This document shows positions 25,101-33,204 of a stretch of DNA of 35,464 bases, in pieces. Position 1 is the first letter of the stretch, and each line of letters begins with the position of its first letter. Source of the DNA: a virus (Duplodnaviria > Heunggongvirae > Uroviricota > Caudoviricetes); the IMG/VR virus record IMGVR_UViG_3300036790_000223; one strand, 5' to 3'. The notes under the pieces are model-generated. The model saw only the letters and a program-made list of their open reading frames with translations, had not been told where the DNA came from and did no database searches. The translations under genes were made by a program, and so were the position numbers.

Positions 25101-27682
25101 ACTGGCCTTACGTGGCTCATGAGCTAGTGCTGGACACTGGCCCCGGCGTCCCGGCAGACCAGATCACCTGGAGCCAGTTCAATGAGCTGGACTCGGTGCG
25201 CTCCCGGGTGCTGATGACCCAGATGACCCAAGGCAAGCAGTACATGCTGGACCAGCTGCAAACGGGCCAGGGCCAGGTCACCCTGGACGACCCTGACCAG
25301 GCGCTGATTCCGCCGGGCAGCGGGGACTTTGCCGGGATTGACTCCGGCACCCCCTACCGCACCCGCATGATGTGGGCTGGCGGATCTTGGTCGGTGCAGT
25401 GGTCAGGCGACGGGGTGACGGCCTTTCCGCAGCTGGACACCGGAGCCTCGATCCCAGCCGACCCCGGCACTAACTACACCGCCTCGGCGTGGCTGGCGTG
25501 CTCTACGGACTACGGCTCCGGCGTGTATGTGAACCTGCTGTTCTTCAGCTCGTCGTTCGCGTTCCTGGCGGACAACGTGGGCTCCATGGTCACTACCCCG
25601 GTGGCGGGTTTGTCTACCGTGTCCGGCATTGCCCCGCCCACCACCGCATGGTGCGCGGTAGTTATCCAGGCGGGCGGCACCCCGGCCTCGTCGCTGGTCT
25701 TCTACGCTCAGGCGGCCTACCCAGTCCCGCAGCCCAGCCTGGGTGCGGATGCCTACGTGGCGATCCCTTCAGCCGCGTCGTTCACGGCGGAGAACGGGGC
25801 TACGCTCGATGTGCTCAACCCGTGGGCCTACTCGCGGACCGGGCCACCGGTCGCTACGCCGTGGTTCATCCCGCTGGCGGGGTACTTCCAGCGCTGGCCA
25901 CCGAGCTGGGACGCCAACACCTACCGTGGTCAGAGCCAGGCCACCACGGCGGACATCTGGGCCTACGCCAACCGGCAGCTGAAGTCCTCCCTGCGGGAGG
26001 AGCAGCTGACCGACCACCCCTACGCCTACTGGCCCCTGGCCGATGCTGAAGAAGACATCAACCTGCGCTCCACCACCGGAGCGTCCAACTACGCCCCCGG
26101 CAACACCAACGTCCTGAACGTCACCCTGAGCAAGAACGGCAACAACAACGGCCAGGCGGCTCAGGCGTTCGGGCAGAATGCAGACGGGCTGCCCGGGGAC
26201 CAGGTCACCACCATCACCACCAGCTCCCGCACCAGCGCCAGCCCTGGCATGTGGGGGCAGACGTTCAGCTCAGCGGGCAGCTCCAACACCATCGGCTACT
26301 GCCTGCAGGTCCAGGACACCAACTTCCCCCCGATCACCACCGGGGTGACCATCTCCTGCTTCTTCCAGATGACGGCAGCCACCCCACCGGTCGACGGCAC
26401 GATCTTCGGCCTGTGCAACAACACCCAGCGCGTCTTGAAGATGGACCTCGACTCCGCCACCGGGCACCTGTTGCTGGTGTGGTTCGACCAGACTGGTGCA
26501 GGCACCACCGTCACCATCGAAAGCTCGTTTGACCTGCGCAATACCAGCACCCCCAGCCACTGCGCCATCTCCTTTGACCAGAACAGCTACACGGCCTACT
26601 TTGACGGCGGGGCCATCGTGGCCACCGGCACCTTCTCCAGTCCGCTGCCACCGACGTTTGAGTATTTCTCCGTGGGAGGCATAGCGAACCCGGTCGCCAC
26701 TGAGGGGTTCTACGCTGGCTTCTCCGGCCACGCCAGCGTGTATGGCTACATCGTGCCCTCGGTGCGGATCTTGAGCTGGTACTACTCGGGTAAGTTCAAC
26801 TTCGCTGCTGGCGGTAACGGCCAGCAGCCAGACGGCGAATCTGACGACACCCGGGTCTCCCGGCTGCTGGGTTACTCCGGCATCGTAGCCCCGAAGATGA
26901 TCCTGCAGGGGCTGATCAACCCGGTCAACCCGGAGCAGTCCAAGGTTGTCTCCATGCAGGACATCGGTGGCCAGCCTGCCGCGACCGCAGTCACCAACAT
27001 CGCCGCATCAACAGTGCCATCGCTGCTCTACATCTCACCCAACGGCGACATCAACTACTGGCAGAAGTCGTATGTCTACAACCTGCCCATCTCCTGGGTG
27101 CTGGGGGACAACGTCGCGGCGGGGGAGATCCCGTTCGGGAACGACTACTCCCCCGACTACGACCCAGCCCGCGTGGTGAACGACATTGCGCTGACCCAGC
27201 TAGACGACCAGTCGGTCACGGTGCCTGATGACTCCGTGCTGGAGCAGATGAGCCAGAACTCCTACGGCGACCAGACCTACCAGGCCACCGCCTACCTGCA
27301 GGCGGATGCGCTGTCGGCCTATGAGCTGGGACCGACCGTAGCCGACCTGGCAAACTTCATCGCTGAGGTCAACGCGCTGCCCCGGTTGCGGGTGGCGTCG
27401 GTCACGGTGAATGCGGCCAGCCAGCCTGCGGCGTGGCCGTTTGTGGCGGGGGCTTCGGTGGGGGACATGGTGGTGGTCAACCTGCGGATGCCAACCGCCA
27501 GTGCCCAGCTGGTGTCGATCACCGGCCGCATCACCCAGACCAACCGCAACTTCCAGTTCGACGCGACAGCGCTGGTAGCCACGCTGACAGCCCTGGTCGA
27601 CCTGGCCCCGGAGGACAGCGCCCTCACTGTGGATGACCCGATCTTGGGGCAGCTCAACGGCATCAACATCCTGGCCTGGTGA
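22157..27682 (+). CDS. 1841-aa tail-tip/hub protein with spherulin-4 (GH135-like), CBM-like and LamG-like domains
   Basis: GTG 22157 overlaps the tape measure TGA. N-terminal T/A/S-rich beta-sandwich repeats, a spherulin-4 domain at about 23444-24125, a hub-like segment (GKQYMLDQLQTGQGQVTLDD...GYFQRWP...DIWA), a LamG-like insert (PYAYWPLAD...HCAISF...AYFDG), and C-terminal DYD...VNDIAL...S...YG. Confidence 0.82.
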   Translation: MTTAMTVTATAGGAGATPGMVMRVIVLRNPNASPLGATATQSAAAAHEVNLTTTVTRSITLGACTNGTNSTMAAVGQTAFYDNVVDNTNICAYGTFTGGVTSTTSTELLGTNGSFQGGCAAAEFKPLSGDFLYQDSSAPPSKSTTSATALTTASFSPPAGSLLVCLVSANGSFGNAVSMAITDSQSLSWTAAAQADAVTMCYAGVFYAVVPAVGTPYALGHTTSTSSTNQVSLTVSATSGLGDAIIVGISEAVTANAIAGVNDSQGNTYLPVATQTSTGVRAAMWVALNCAVLTNGTGVIVVTFGAAAATAKGIAAFGCKGVANAAAVDAIPTPTTGTSTSPSITSGTLVQAPEVVIALEANVAAGGAITWSGSPGATIAGFQAGSGQFTSMAGFAAAAVTSTAYHGTITSSAWAMVMVSLTPVPIETQFTMVPTYIYPFGAGATAWNTLIGGAPTTGLMIANVNSGPGVIVDANYAVVIPAAINAGITLCGYVFTSFGNRPVSAIEADIDTWFTLYGVRSIFFDEVNGAASFDTYYTTIVDYVHGASAGSVVVLNPGVVPDETFFTSVISAQDKIIVCENTQAGFPGDIAAAPSWLLTTPASQICVTINTCSSPSDMVSDINAARNFFNAQYVYITYDILYGVLPSYYSTEVAYLASGAPAFGGTSPAVGVTLAGHNGHGTQVGFVVPSPPQYPLQVGVTNVAGDWMVAVIGLRQDQGWWSGATTGTPSANNYFTLSTGSSVYATIQVAQTFTDVLNPGQVFTVASIGPAAAGQANIYFTPDAGVAMTSDTVTQTGTTVTVADDAHNWWFPVGAPTITTTAAGVTRTTIWAAPAARAATYVSVVPTDSYMALGAVIYDVSGISPFAAVGPVFSLGQSSPALSLSVPLGAPPDGQAIIITGSTSDSVSNIPTLADGGWLNQVAQLADNGVDATSDLVVYGATQVTTGATNASWATTAAVDWSGASVAIYVSGSSPVISGNPNWPYVAHELVLDTGPGVPADQITWSQFNELDSVRSRVLMTQMTQGKQYMLDQLQTGQGQVTLDDPDQALIPPGSGDFAGIDSGTPYRTRMMWAGGSWSVQWSGDGVTAFPQLDTGASIPADPGTNYTASAWLACSTDYGSGVYVNLLFFSSSFAFLADNVGSMVTTPVAGLSTVSGIAPPTTAWCAVVIQAGGTPASSLVFYAQAAYPVPQPSLGADAYVAIPSAASFTAENGATLDVLNPWAYSRTGPPVATPWFIPLAGYFQRWPPSWDANTYRGQSQATTADIWAYANRQLKSSLREEQLTDHPYAYWPLADAEEDINLRSTTGASNYAPGNTNVLNVTLSKNGNNNGQAAQAFGQNADGLPGDQVTTITTSSRTSASPGMWGQTFSSAGSSNTIGYCLQVQDTNFPPITTGVTISCFFQMTAATPPVDGTIFGLCNNTQRVLKMDLDSATGHLLLVWFDQTGAGTTVTIESSFDLRNTSTPSHCAISFDQNSYTAYFDGGAIVATGTFSSPLPPTFEYFSVGGIANPVATEGFYAGFSGHASVYGYIVPSVRILSWYYSGKFNFAAGGNGQQPDGESDDTRVSRLLGYSGIVAPKMILQGLINPVNPEQSKVVSMQDIGGQPAATAVTNIAASTVPSLLYISPNGDINYWQKSYVYNLPISWVLGDNVAAGEIPFGNDYSPDYDPARVVNDIALTQLDDQSVTVPDDSVLEQMSQNSYGDQTYQATAYLQADALSAYELGPTVADLANFIAEVNALPRLRVASVTVNAASQPAAWPFVAGASVGDMVVVNLRMPTASAQLVSITGRITQTNRNFQFDATALVATLTALVDLAPEDSALTVDDPILGQLNGINILAW

Positions 27683-27691
27683 GGAGAAGCA

Positions 27692-28828
27692 ATGCCGATC
27701 ACGCTGCCGCCGACGCCTTCGACCTGGGCTACGGGCCAGCTTGTCCGCAGCTGGCAACTGACCAACGACGTCAACCAGGCGATAGCCTTTTTGACCTACC
27801 GGCCGGTGGCCTCGCTGTCGAACCAGACCGGTGGATCGTTTGCCAGCGGCGGCGACGACGCAATCACCATGGAAACCGAGTTCTACGACAACTGGAACGG
27901 CCACAACCTGGGCACCGCCAGCCAGTATTTTGCCCAGGTCGCAGGCTGGTACCTGTGCAAACTGTCGGTCGCTTTCGCCTACAACTCCTCCACCGAGGCT
28001 CTGTTCCGGGCCAGCTTTTCCGGCCAGAGCAACGGCTCCAGCTTCGGCACGACGGTCGGCCCCCGGATGGAAAACGGCTCGACCCACATTGCCGTGCCAG
28101 AGACGGTCGACCTGTACAAGATGGTCCAGACCGGAGCCATCGGCGGCAGCGGGGACTTTGTGCAGTGCCAGGCGGCGCAGTTCACCGGGTCCCCGGTCAA
28201 CGTGGAGGACGGTGCTGGCACCTTTCCGTACGCCTCGATCCGGTGGGTGGCGGCGACATCGGGCACGGTCAGCTTGCCGGTGCCGGTCAACCCAACCTGG
28301 CCAGTGCCCGGCGCCCCGGCCAACCCCTACATCACCAGCACCTTTCTGAACGCGAACATCCGCGACACGGTTAAGTTCTTGCTCTATCCGCCGATTTGCC
28401 GTGCGACCTACACCGGCTCGGGCTCGCTGGCCAGCCAGACCTTCCCGGCGGCGACAGCATTGCCGTTCACCGCTACGACCGTGGACAACTACTCCGCGTT
28501 CACTACCGGAGCTTCCGCCGGGTACACCGCTCCGGTCAGCGGCAACTATTTTGTCTACGGGCAGCTCAACATGGGTACCAACGCCAACGGCGGGGCCTAC
28601 GGTGCCGGGCTGGCTGTCAACGGGGGCACCGTGGTCTGGGGTGAGGTGGTCCACCGGCTGTCCGGTGGCGACACCAGCGGCACCGGGGTCAGTGTGCAGC
28701 GCCACGTGCGGCTCAATGCCGGGGACAAGGTGGCGCTGATGGTCACCCAGTCCAGCGGCAGCTCGGTGGCTTACGGTACCGGGCTCGACAACCAGTGCCG
28801 CATGGTCGTCGTTTGGGAGGGCGCCTAA
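27692..28828 (+). CDS. minor tail protein with two tandem linker plus C1q/TNF-like beta-sandwich modules
   Basis: RBS GAGGAG. Repeated P..W..G....LN..[VI]...[IV].FL.Y[RP]P followed by AGWYLC / SGNYFVYGQ...VRLNAGDKV beta patterns. Confidence 0.7.
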   Translation: MPITLPPTPSTWATGQLVRSWQLTNDVNQAIAFLTYRPVASLSNQTGGSFASGGDDAITMETEFYDNWNGHNLGTASQYFAQVAGWYLCKLSVAFAYNSSTEALFRASFSGQSNGSSFGTTVGPRMENGSTHIAVPETVDLYKMVQTGAIGGSGDFVQCQAAQFTGSPVNVEDGAGTFPYASIRWVAATSGTVSLPVPVNPTWPVPGAPANPYITSTFLNANIRDTVKFLLYPPICRATYTGSGSLASQTFPAATALPFTATTVDNYSAFTTGASAGYTAPVSGNYFVYGQLNMGTNANGGAYGAGLAVNGGTVVWGEVVHRLSGGDTSGTGVSVQRHVRLNAGDKVALMVTQSSGSSVAYGTGLDNQCRMVVVWEGA

Positions 28829-30040
28829 ATGGCGGTCGTCGTCACCAATGAGTTTGGCGGGATTGCCTCCGGCACTAACGTTGCCACCACCAACACCGCC
28901 ATCGCCGGGGACCCGTTCGATGTGGTGTCCATTGGCACCGGCACCACGTTGCAGTTCGACTCCACGCACGCCGTGCTCGGTGCTACCAGCTGCAAAGTGG
29001 CTACCGGCTCCACAGCCACCACGGCACTGGCCGAGTGGACCACCACGGTCGGCACCCAGACCACGGTGTTCTACCGGCAGTACCTGTACTTCACGGCGTT
29101 CCCGTCTGCCAACTTGCGGCCGATGGCGCTGCGCTCGGGCGGGTCGCTGGCGGCGGCCATCGGCATCACCACCAGCGGGAAGATCCAGCTGATCAACGCA
29201 GCCAACGCGGTCCTGGGGGCTACGGCTAACTCGATTCCACTGAACCAGTGGTTCCGGATCGAGGGGTTCGTCACCGGCAGCGCCACGGTGGGGGTCATAT
29301 CGCTGACGCTCTACAACGACCCCAACGGCTACGTAGCCACCGAAACGCAGACCTTCACCGGGGCCAACACCACCGGAGCGCTGACCCAGTACTGGTTTGG
29401 CCAGCAGGCTGGCGTGGCCAACGTCGGCCCTTACTGGATGGACGGGCTGGGCATCTCCACGGGTGGCTTCCTCGGCCCGTCGTACCTGACTCCGGTGCCG
29501 GTGCCGCTGCCGGTGTTCCCGGCCGGGACAGCAGAGATCCCCCAAGCCATGAACACCTTGATCCAGGCTCCGTTCACCTTTGTCACCGGTAAGGTCATGC
29601 TGCGTGCTCAGCAATCCGCCAGCCAGTCCATTGCCGGGGCTACGACCCTGATCCACTTTGGCGCCACCGCCACCGACATCCTGGAGGACCCCTACGGTGG
29701 CTGGTCCGCGACCCTGACAGCTACCCAGCCTGCGTGGTCGTGGTTGTGCCCGGTGGGTGCCACCGGCTGGTATGAAGTAACCAGTACTGCGTTCGCCGGG
29801 GCAGGCGGGGCGACGGACCAGATCCAGACCCTGATCTTCCGCTCCGGCACCCTCTACCGCACCTCCGCTACCACCTGGGCCGCGTCCAGCATCAACACCG
29901 GAGTCAGTGGCTCGGTTCTGGTCCCCCTCGCGGGCGGCCTGGACTACATCCAGGGCTACATCAACACCAGCTATTCCACCAACACCACCGCTACGGCTGG
30001 GCAGCTGCCGACTCTGGAGATTGCCTGGGTTAGCACATGA
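28829..30040 (+). CDS. minor tail protein: N-terminal jelly-roll (lectin/lyase-like) domain plus a third C1q-like module
   Basis: VFYRQYLYF...NQWFRIEGFV jelly-roll-like strand pattern, then VPLPVFPAG...MNTLIQAPFTFV...GWYEVT...GLDYIQ. Confidence 0.65.
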   Translation: MAVVVTNEFGGIASGTNVATTNTAIAGDPFDVVSIGTGTTLQFDSTHAVLGATSCKVATGSTATTALAEWTTTVGTQTTVFYRQYLYFTAFPSANLRPMALRSGGSLAAAIGITTSGKIQLINAANAVLGATANSIPLNQWFRIEGFVTGSATVGVISLTLYNDPNGYVATETQTFTGANTTGALTQYWFGQQAGVANVGPYWMDGLGISTGGFLGPSYLTPVPVPLPVFPAGTAEIPQAMNTLIQAPFTFVTGKVMLRAQQSASQSIAGATTLIHFGATATDILEDPYGGWSATLTATQPAWSWLCPVGATGWYEVTSTAFAGAGGATDQIQTLIFRSGTLYRTSATTWAASSINTGVSGSVLVPLAGGLDYIQGYINTSYSTNTTATAGQLPTLEIAWVST

Positions 30041-30052
30041 GGGGGGGCAGCC

Positions 30053-30418
30053 GTGGATCCAGCGTGGGTTACGGCGCTGGTTGCCATGGCTGTAGCTGTG
30101 TTCACCCTGCTGGGCTGGGCGATCCGCATGGCGTGGCGGACGGCGCGCAGCATCTGGCGGTTCCTGGATGACTACCACGGTCAGCCAGCACGCGATGGCC
30201 TCCCGGCCAGGCCAGGGTTCATTGCCCGGCTGACCAGGCTCGAAACCATGGTGTCCGCCGTGGTCGAAGAAACCAAGCCCAACGGCGGCTCGTCGATGCA
30301 TGATGTCGTCCATCAGACCGCATCCGACGTTCTGCGCCTGCGCAAAGACGTCATAGGACTAAAGAAACAGGTGGAGGGGATGGACTCAGGAGCCGTCGAT
30401 GCCGGAGCCGAACCATGA
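30053..30418 (+). CDS. lysis-cassette membrane protein
   Basis: N-terminal TM helix and DYHGQPARDGLPARPG...RL..LE...ETKPNGGSSMHD pattern, which I recall from actinophage genes preceding lysins. Confidence 0.72.
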   Translation: MDPAWVTALVAMAVAVFTLLGWAIRMAWRTARSIWRFLDDYHGQPARDGLPARPGFIARLTRLETMVSAVVEETKPNGGSSMHDVVHQTASDVLRLRKDVIGLKKQVEGMDSGAVDAGAEP

Positions 30419-30705
30419 CCGGACCACAGGTCACGCGGGGCACCATGGTTGTGTTCTGTGTACTCCTGGCGCTCGTGCTGGTGGTCGGTGCCGGGAACCT
30501 GGTTGCCACGTTCGCAGGCTCAAGCCAGCGCCAGGCCGACCACCGGGAGACCCTGCAGGCGCTGAAGACGCAGCGGCTGCAGGCAGCCCGGGTGTGCTCG
30601 GTGCTGCATCAGGTGGAAGCCATCCCGGCACCAGGTCCGGCGCTGTCCTACGACCAGCAGGTCCATGCCGCGCTGGGCAACCTTGGGGTGGGATTGGGGT
30701 GCTGA
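30415..30705 (+). CDS. signal-anchor membrane protein with two Cys (paralogue A)
   Basis: ATGA overlap with the upstream gene, TM VVFCVLLALVLVVGAGNL, RVC..L, and C-terminal LGC. Confidence 0.68.
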   Translation: MTGPQVTRGTMVVFCVLLALVLVVGAGNLVATFAGSSQRQADHRETLQALKTQRLQAARVCSVLHQVEAIPAPGPALSYDQQVHAALGNLGVGLGC

Positions 30706-31001
30706 ATGTGCAGGCTCGCATCTGGTGGGTGGTGATCATGGCGGTGCTCGTCATGGGCATCGCCAACCTGGCTTCCACCTACATCTACGTGCAGCAGTTC
30801 AAGAGCGAACAGCAGCGCCAGGGCGAGATAGCGGTCCAGCGGATCTGCACCACGCTAGGTGAGCTGGCTGCGCTCAAGCCACCGGTCGGGGATGCGAAGT
30901 CGAACCCGTCACGAGCCTACGAGCAGAAGCTGCATGCCACGCTCGATGGCCTGGCGCCCGACCTGGGCTGCCAGCCTTTCTCTCACCACTCCGGCAGCTG
31001 A
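30699..31001 (+). CDS. signal-anchor membrane protein with two Cys (paralogue B)
   Basis: Likely GTG start at 30699 or 30708. TM IWWVVIMAVLVMGIANL, RIC..L, YEQKLHA.L..L...LGC. Confidence 0.68.
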   Translation: MLNVQARIWWVVIMAVLVMGIANLASTYIYVQQFKSEQQRQGEIAVQRICTTLGELAALKPPVGDAKSNPSRAYEQKLHATLDGLAPDLGCQPFSHHSGS

Positions 31002-31144
31002 ATCCCGGCGCGGGTGGCGGTCTGGTAGACCTCCGCACGGGCAGCAACGATCTTGCGCTGCATCAGCGCCAGCTTGTAGTCGATCAGCGCCAGCCGGGCG
31101 GCTACCTCATCCACCTCTGACCAGCCTTCCTTTTCCTTTTCCAT
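30983..31144 (-). CDS. 53-aa helical mini-protein antisense within the lysis cassette (not in ORF track)
   Basis: ATG after GAGG. Translation MEKEKEGWSEVDEVAARLALIDYKLALMQRKIVAARAEVYQTATRAGIQLPEW. Fills the gap before the lysin. Confidence 0.45.
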   Translation of the reverse strand: MEKEKEGWSEVDEVAARLALIDYKLALMQRKIVAARAEVYQTATRAGIQLPEW

Positions 31145-31173
31145 GTCCTCAACCCTAACCCGGAGGCGGTGTA

Positions 31174-31623
31174 ATGATGATCTTCTACGACGCGGTTACC
31201 CCCGCGAACATCCCCACGGGGGCTCATGCGTGCCTGTATGCCGATGGCCTGTACAAGGCCACCCCGGCTCAGGCGGAGCGGTTTGCGGCAGTGCGCTGGA
31301 TCACGGTCGTAGGCGGTAGCGCGGCAGCTGCCTACGCGGGCTGCATCGACTTTGAGAACGGGAACCCGGCCTATCTCGGCGGTGCCTTGCGCTCCTGGGT
31401 GGCCGCCCGGCAGGCCCATGGCATGCGAGCCCGGGTCTACTGCAACCGGTCCGACCTGGCGACTGTGCGGATGCGCTGCGCTGAGCTGACGTATGAGGTC
31501 TGGCTGGCCACCCTGGACGGCAACAAGCTGCGCCCGAACTACACCACCCACCTGTGGGCGGTGCAGTACCAAGGCGGCCTGACCGCCAAGGTAGACGCGA
31601 ACATCCTGTACGGGCAGTGGTGA
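31174..31623 (+). CDS. endolysin, GH25-like muramidase catalytic domain only
   Basis: RBS GGAGG. YD.V...Y.DG...WITV...IDFE.G...VYCN.S...W.A......AVQY...D pattern. Located next to the holin. Confidence 0.72.
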   Translation: MMIFYDAVTPANIPTGAHACLYADGLYKATPAQAERFAAVRWITVVGGSAAAAYAGCIDFENGNPAYLGGALRSWVAARQAHGMRARVYCNRSDLATVRMRCAELTYEVWLATLDGNKLRPNYTTHLWAVQYQGGLTAKVDANILYGQW

Positions 31624-31743
31624 GCTAGCGCCCCTTACACAGGGGGGAATCGCACTTGAAGATGCAGATGCATGGCATATTCCGGTTGCCACGGCACCTG
31701 AAGCACTTCCGGTTCACCGGAATTCTCCTTTCGGGAGGTACAA

Positions 31744-32124
31744 ATGTCCGGTTTTATCAACTGGCTGAAGACCGAGTTGCCCATGACCAGCTCCCTGGTG
31801 CAGGCCGCACTGGCACTGGCTCTGGCCATCGGGCTGAACCTGACCGCCGGGCAGACCGGTGGCATTGAGGCTGCCGTGGCTGCCGTGCTGGCGCTCATCG
31901 TGGCTGTCGGCACCCGGCCGTTCCAGATCGCAGCCATCACGGGCGCCTCCCAGGCCCTCATCCTGCTGCTGGTGGCCTTCCAGGTCCCCAGCGTGAGTGC
32001 GGGCCTGGTCGGCACCGTGAACGCCGTCATCGTGGCTCTGGGCGCGCTGCTGATCCGTCAGCACGTGTCCCCGGTGACGCCTCCTGTGGTTCAGGTGACG
32101 GCACCGGTTCCGCTGGCCAAGTAG
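31744..32124 (+). CDS. holin
   Basis: RBS GGGAGG. 126 aa with about four hydrophobic helices and C-terminal RQHVSPV. Follows the lysin. Confidence 0.75.
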   Translation: MSGFINWLKTELPMTSSLVQAALALALAIGLNLTAGQTGGIEAAVAAVLALIVAVGTRPFQIAAITGASQALILLLVAFQVPSVSAGLVGTVNAVIVALGALLIRQHVSPVTPPVVQVTAPVPLAK

Positions 32125-32335
32125 CCACCAGCTCGATCCCGTCTACGGGGTTGCACCCGTCGCAGTGTTCCTCGTCACCTTCGCAGTACCCGGGGACGTT
32201 CGCGGCGTGAAGCCGGGCATTGGCGGGGATGCCCAGCTTCAGCATCCTCACGTGGATATCCTCCAGCGAGACACCGCATCCCGAGTACTCCGAGAACCAC
32301 GGGATGACGACGCGGTGCTCATCGCGCAGTCCCAT
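32027..32335 (-). CDS. hypothetical protein with Cys cluster
   Basis: Probable ATG at 32335. Contains YCEGDEEHCDGC. Its low-complexity tail overlaps the holin 3' end by about 100 nt, so the 3' end is uncertain. Confidence 0.45.
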   Translation of the reverse strand: MGLRDEHRVVIPWFSEYSGCGVSLEDIHVRMLKLGIPANARLHAANVPGYCEGDEEHCDGCNPVDGIELVATWPAEPVPSPEPQEASPGTRADGSAARPEPR

Positions 32336-32340
32336 CTTCC

Positions 32341-32574
32341 CTAGTCCCTTTCCCACTTCGTCTTAGGCCCGGTGCTCGCCGCAACGGCGGGCACCGGGTC
32401 TTTCAGTGTTCCTGGGCGGCACCGCTGGCAAGCGAAGTCGGGTGGGTGGTCGTGGGCCTTCTCCTTGCGGCGGACACGACGGCGCTGGGCCGGGGTCAGC
32501 CGGTAGAACCCGTCGCTCGTCTTGTACCCGGTGAGCACCAGGGTGTACAGCTCGATCCGGCGGGCGTTAAGCAC
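32341..32574 (-). CDS. 77-aa basic hypothetical protein
   Basis: GTG after AAAGGAGG. Contains LTPAQRRRVRRKEKAHDH...CQRC. Confidence 0.65.
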   Translation of the reverse strand: MLNARRIELYTLVLTGYKTSDGFYRLTPAQRRRVRRKEKAHDHPPDFACQRCRPGTLKDPVPAVAASTGPKTKWERD

Positions 32575-32734
32575 GGGCTGCCTCCTTTCCGTTCCCGTTC
32601 CCCTTCGGGGGGCTGCACTTCATGTGGCAGCCCCCGTCGTTATGGCCGTAGCGCTGGCACTGGTCATGCGAGCCGTATTGGCACATGTGGCAATCGCACT
32701 CGCAGGTTCCTGCCTTGGCGCAGTTAGCGGCCAC
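32567..32734 (-). CDS. 55-aa Cys/His-rich metallothionein-like mini-protein (not in ORF track)
   Basis: Translation MAANCAKAGTCECDCHMCQYGSHDQCQRYGHNDGGCHMKCSPPKGNGNGKEAARA: 8 Cys and 4 His in the first 40 aa. Start and stop overlap the neighbouring genes. Confidence 0.55.
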   Translation of the reverse strand: MAANCAKAGTCECDCHMCQYGSHDQCQRYGHNDGGCHMKCSPPKGNGNGKEAARA

Positions 32735-32870
32735 TCTTCGCCTTCTTCCTCGCCTCCAGCCGGGCCTTTGCGGCCTTACGGGCCTCTGCGGCCTGCTTAC
32801 GGCTCAGGGCGACCTGGGCAGCGCGCTCCTTCTGGGCGCGTTCCTTCCACACCTGCTCACGGGTTGCCAT
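32724..32870 (-). CDS. 48-aa Lys/Arg/Ala-rich helical mini-protein (not in ORF track)
   Basis: ATG after GGAG. Translation MATREQVWKERAQKERAAQVALSRKQAAEARKAAKARLEARKKAKSGR. Confidence 0.6.
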   Translation of the reverse strand: MATREQVWKERAQKERAAQVALSRKQAAEARKAAKARLEARKKAKSGR

Positions 32871-33204
32871 CGTCGGTCTCCATCAGGTCCACGATGCCCA
32901 TCACGGCATGCTTAGCAACCAGGCGGACGTCCTCTTCGGAGCGGCCCTCTTTGTCGTTGAAGCCCTCCACCGAGCAGTGCGGCTCCATCGGGAACAGCAG
33001 CTGGATCGAGCGGCTCACGGCTTCCCGGAACGCCCACATCAGGGGCTCGCCCTCGGTGAGGATGCCGGTGGCCTTCTGGTAGCTGCCCATCAGGCAGTAC
33101 CCCGAAGTCTGGTCGCCCATCTTGCCCTGAGTCCAGCCCCATTCGTTCCAGATGTAGTCCATGGTGTAGGCGACATCGGCCAGGTTTGCCTCGTGCTCGT
33201 TCAT
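32857..33204 (-). CDS. hypothetical protein (DUF6197-like from memory)
   Basis: GWTQG......GYCLMG...FND..GRS.EDV pattern common in actinophage small proteins. RBS GGGAG. Confidence 0.62.
   Translation of the reverse strand: MNEHEANLADVAYTMDYIWNEWGWTQGKMGDQTSGYCLMGSYQKATGILTEGEPLMWAFREAVSRSIQLLFPMEPHCSVEGFNDKEGRSEEDVRLVAKHAVMGIVDLMETDDGNP

Noticed and set aside
27200-30313. 1037-aa minus-strand ORF opposite the tail genes
   Set aside because: Same antisense artefact: Arg/Gly/His-rich nonsense composition mirroring three real plus-strand genes.
31656-31868. 70-aa ORF between lysin and holin
   Set aside because: No SD, overlaps the holin out of frame, and the region is better explained as a structured untranslated gap.
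32598-32614. CCCC-TTCG-GGGG tetraloop hairpin
   Set aside because: Only 4 strong pairs, no U-tract, and it lies within a coding frame on the other strand.
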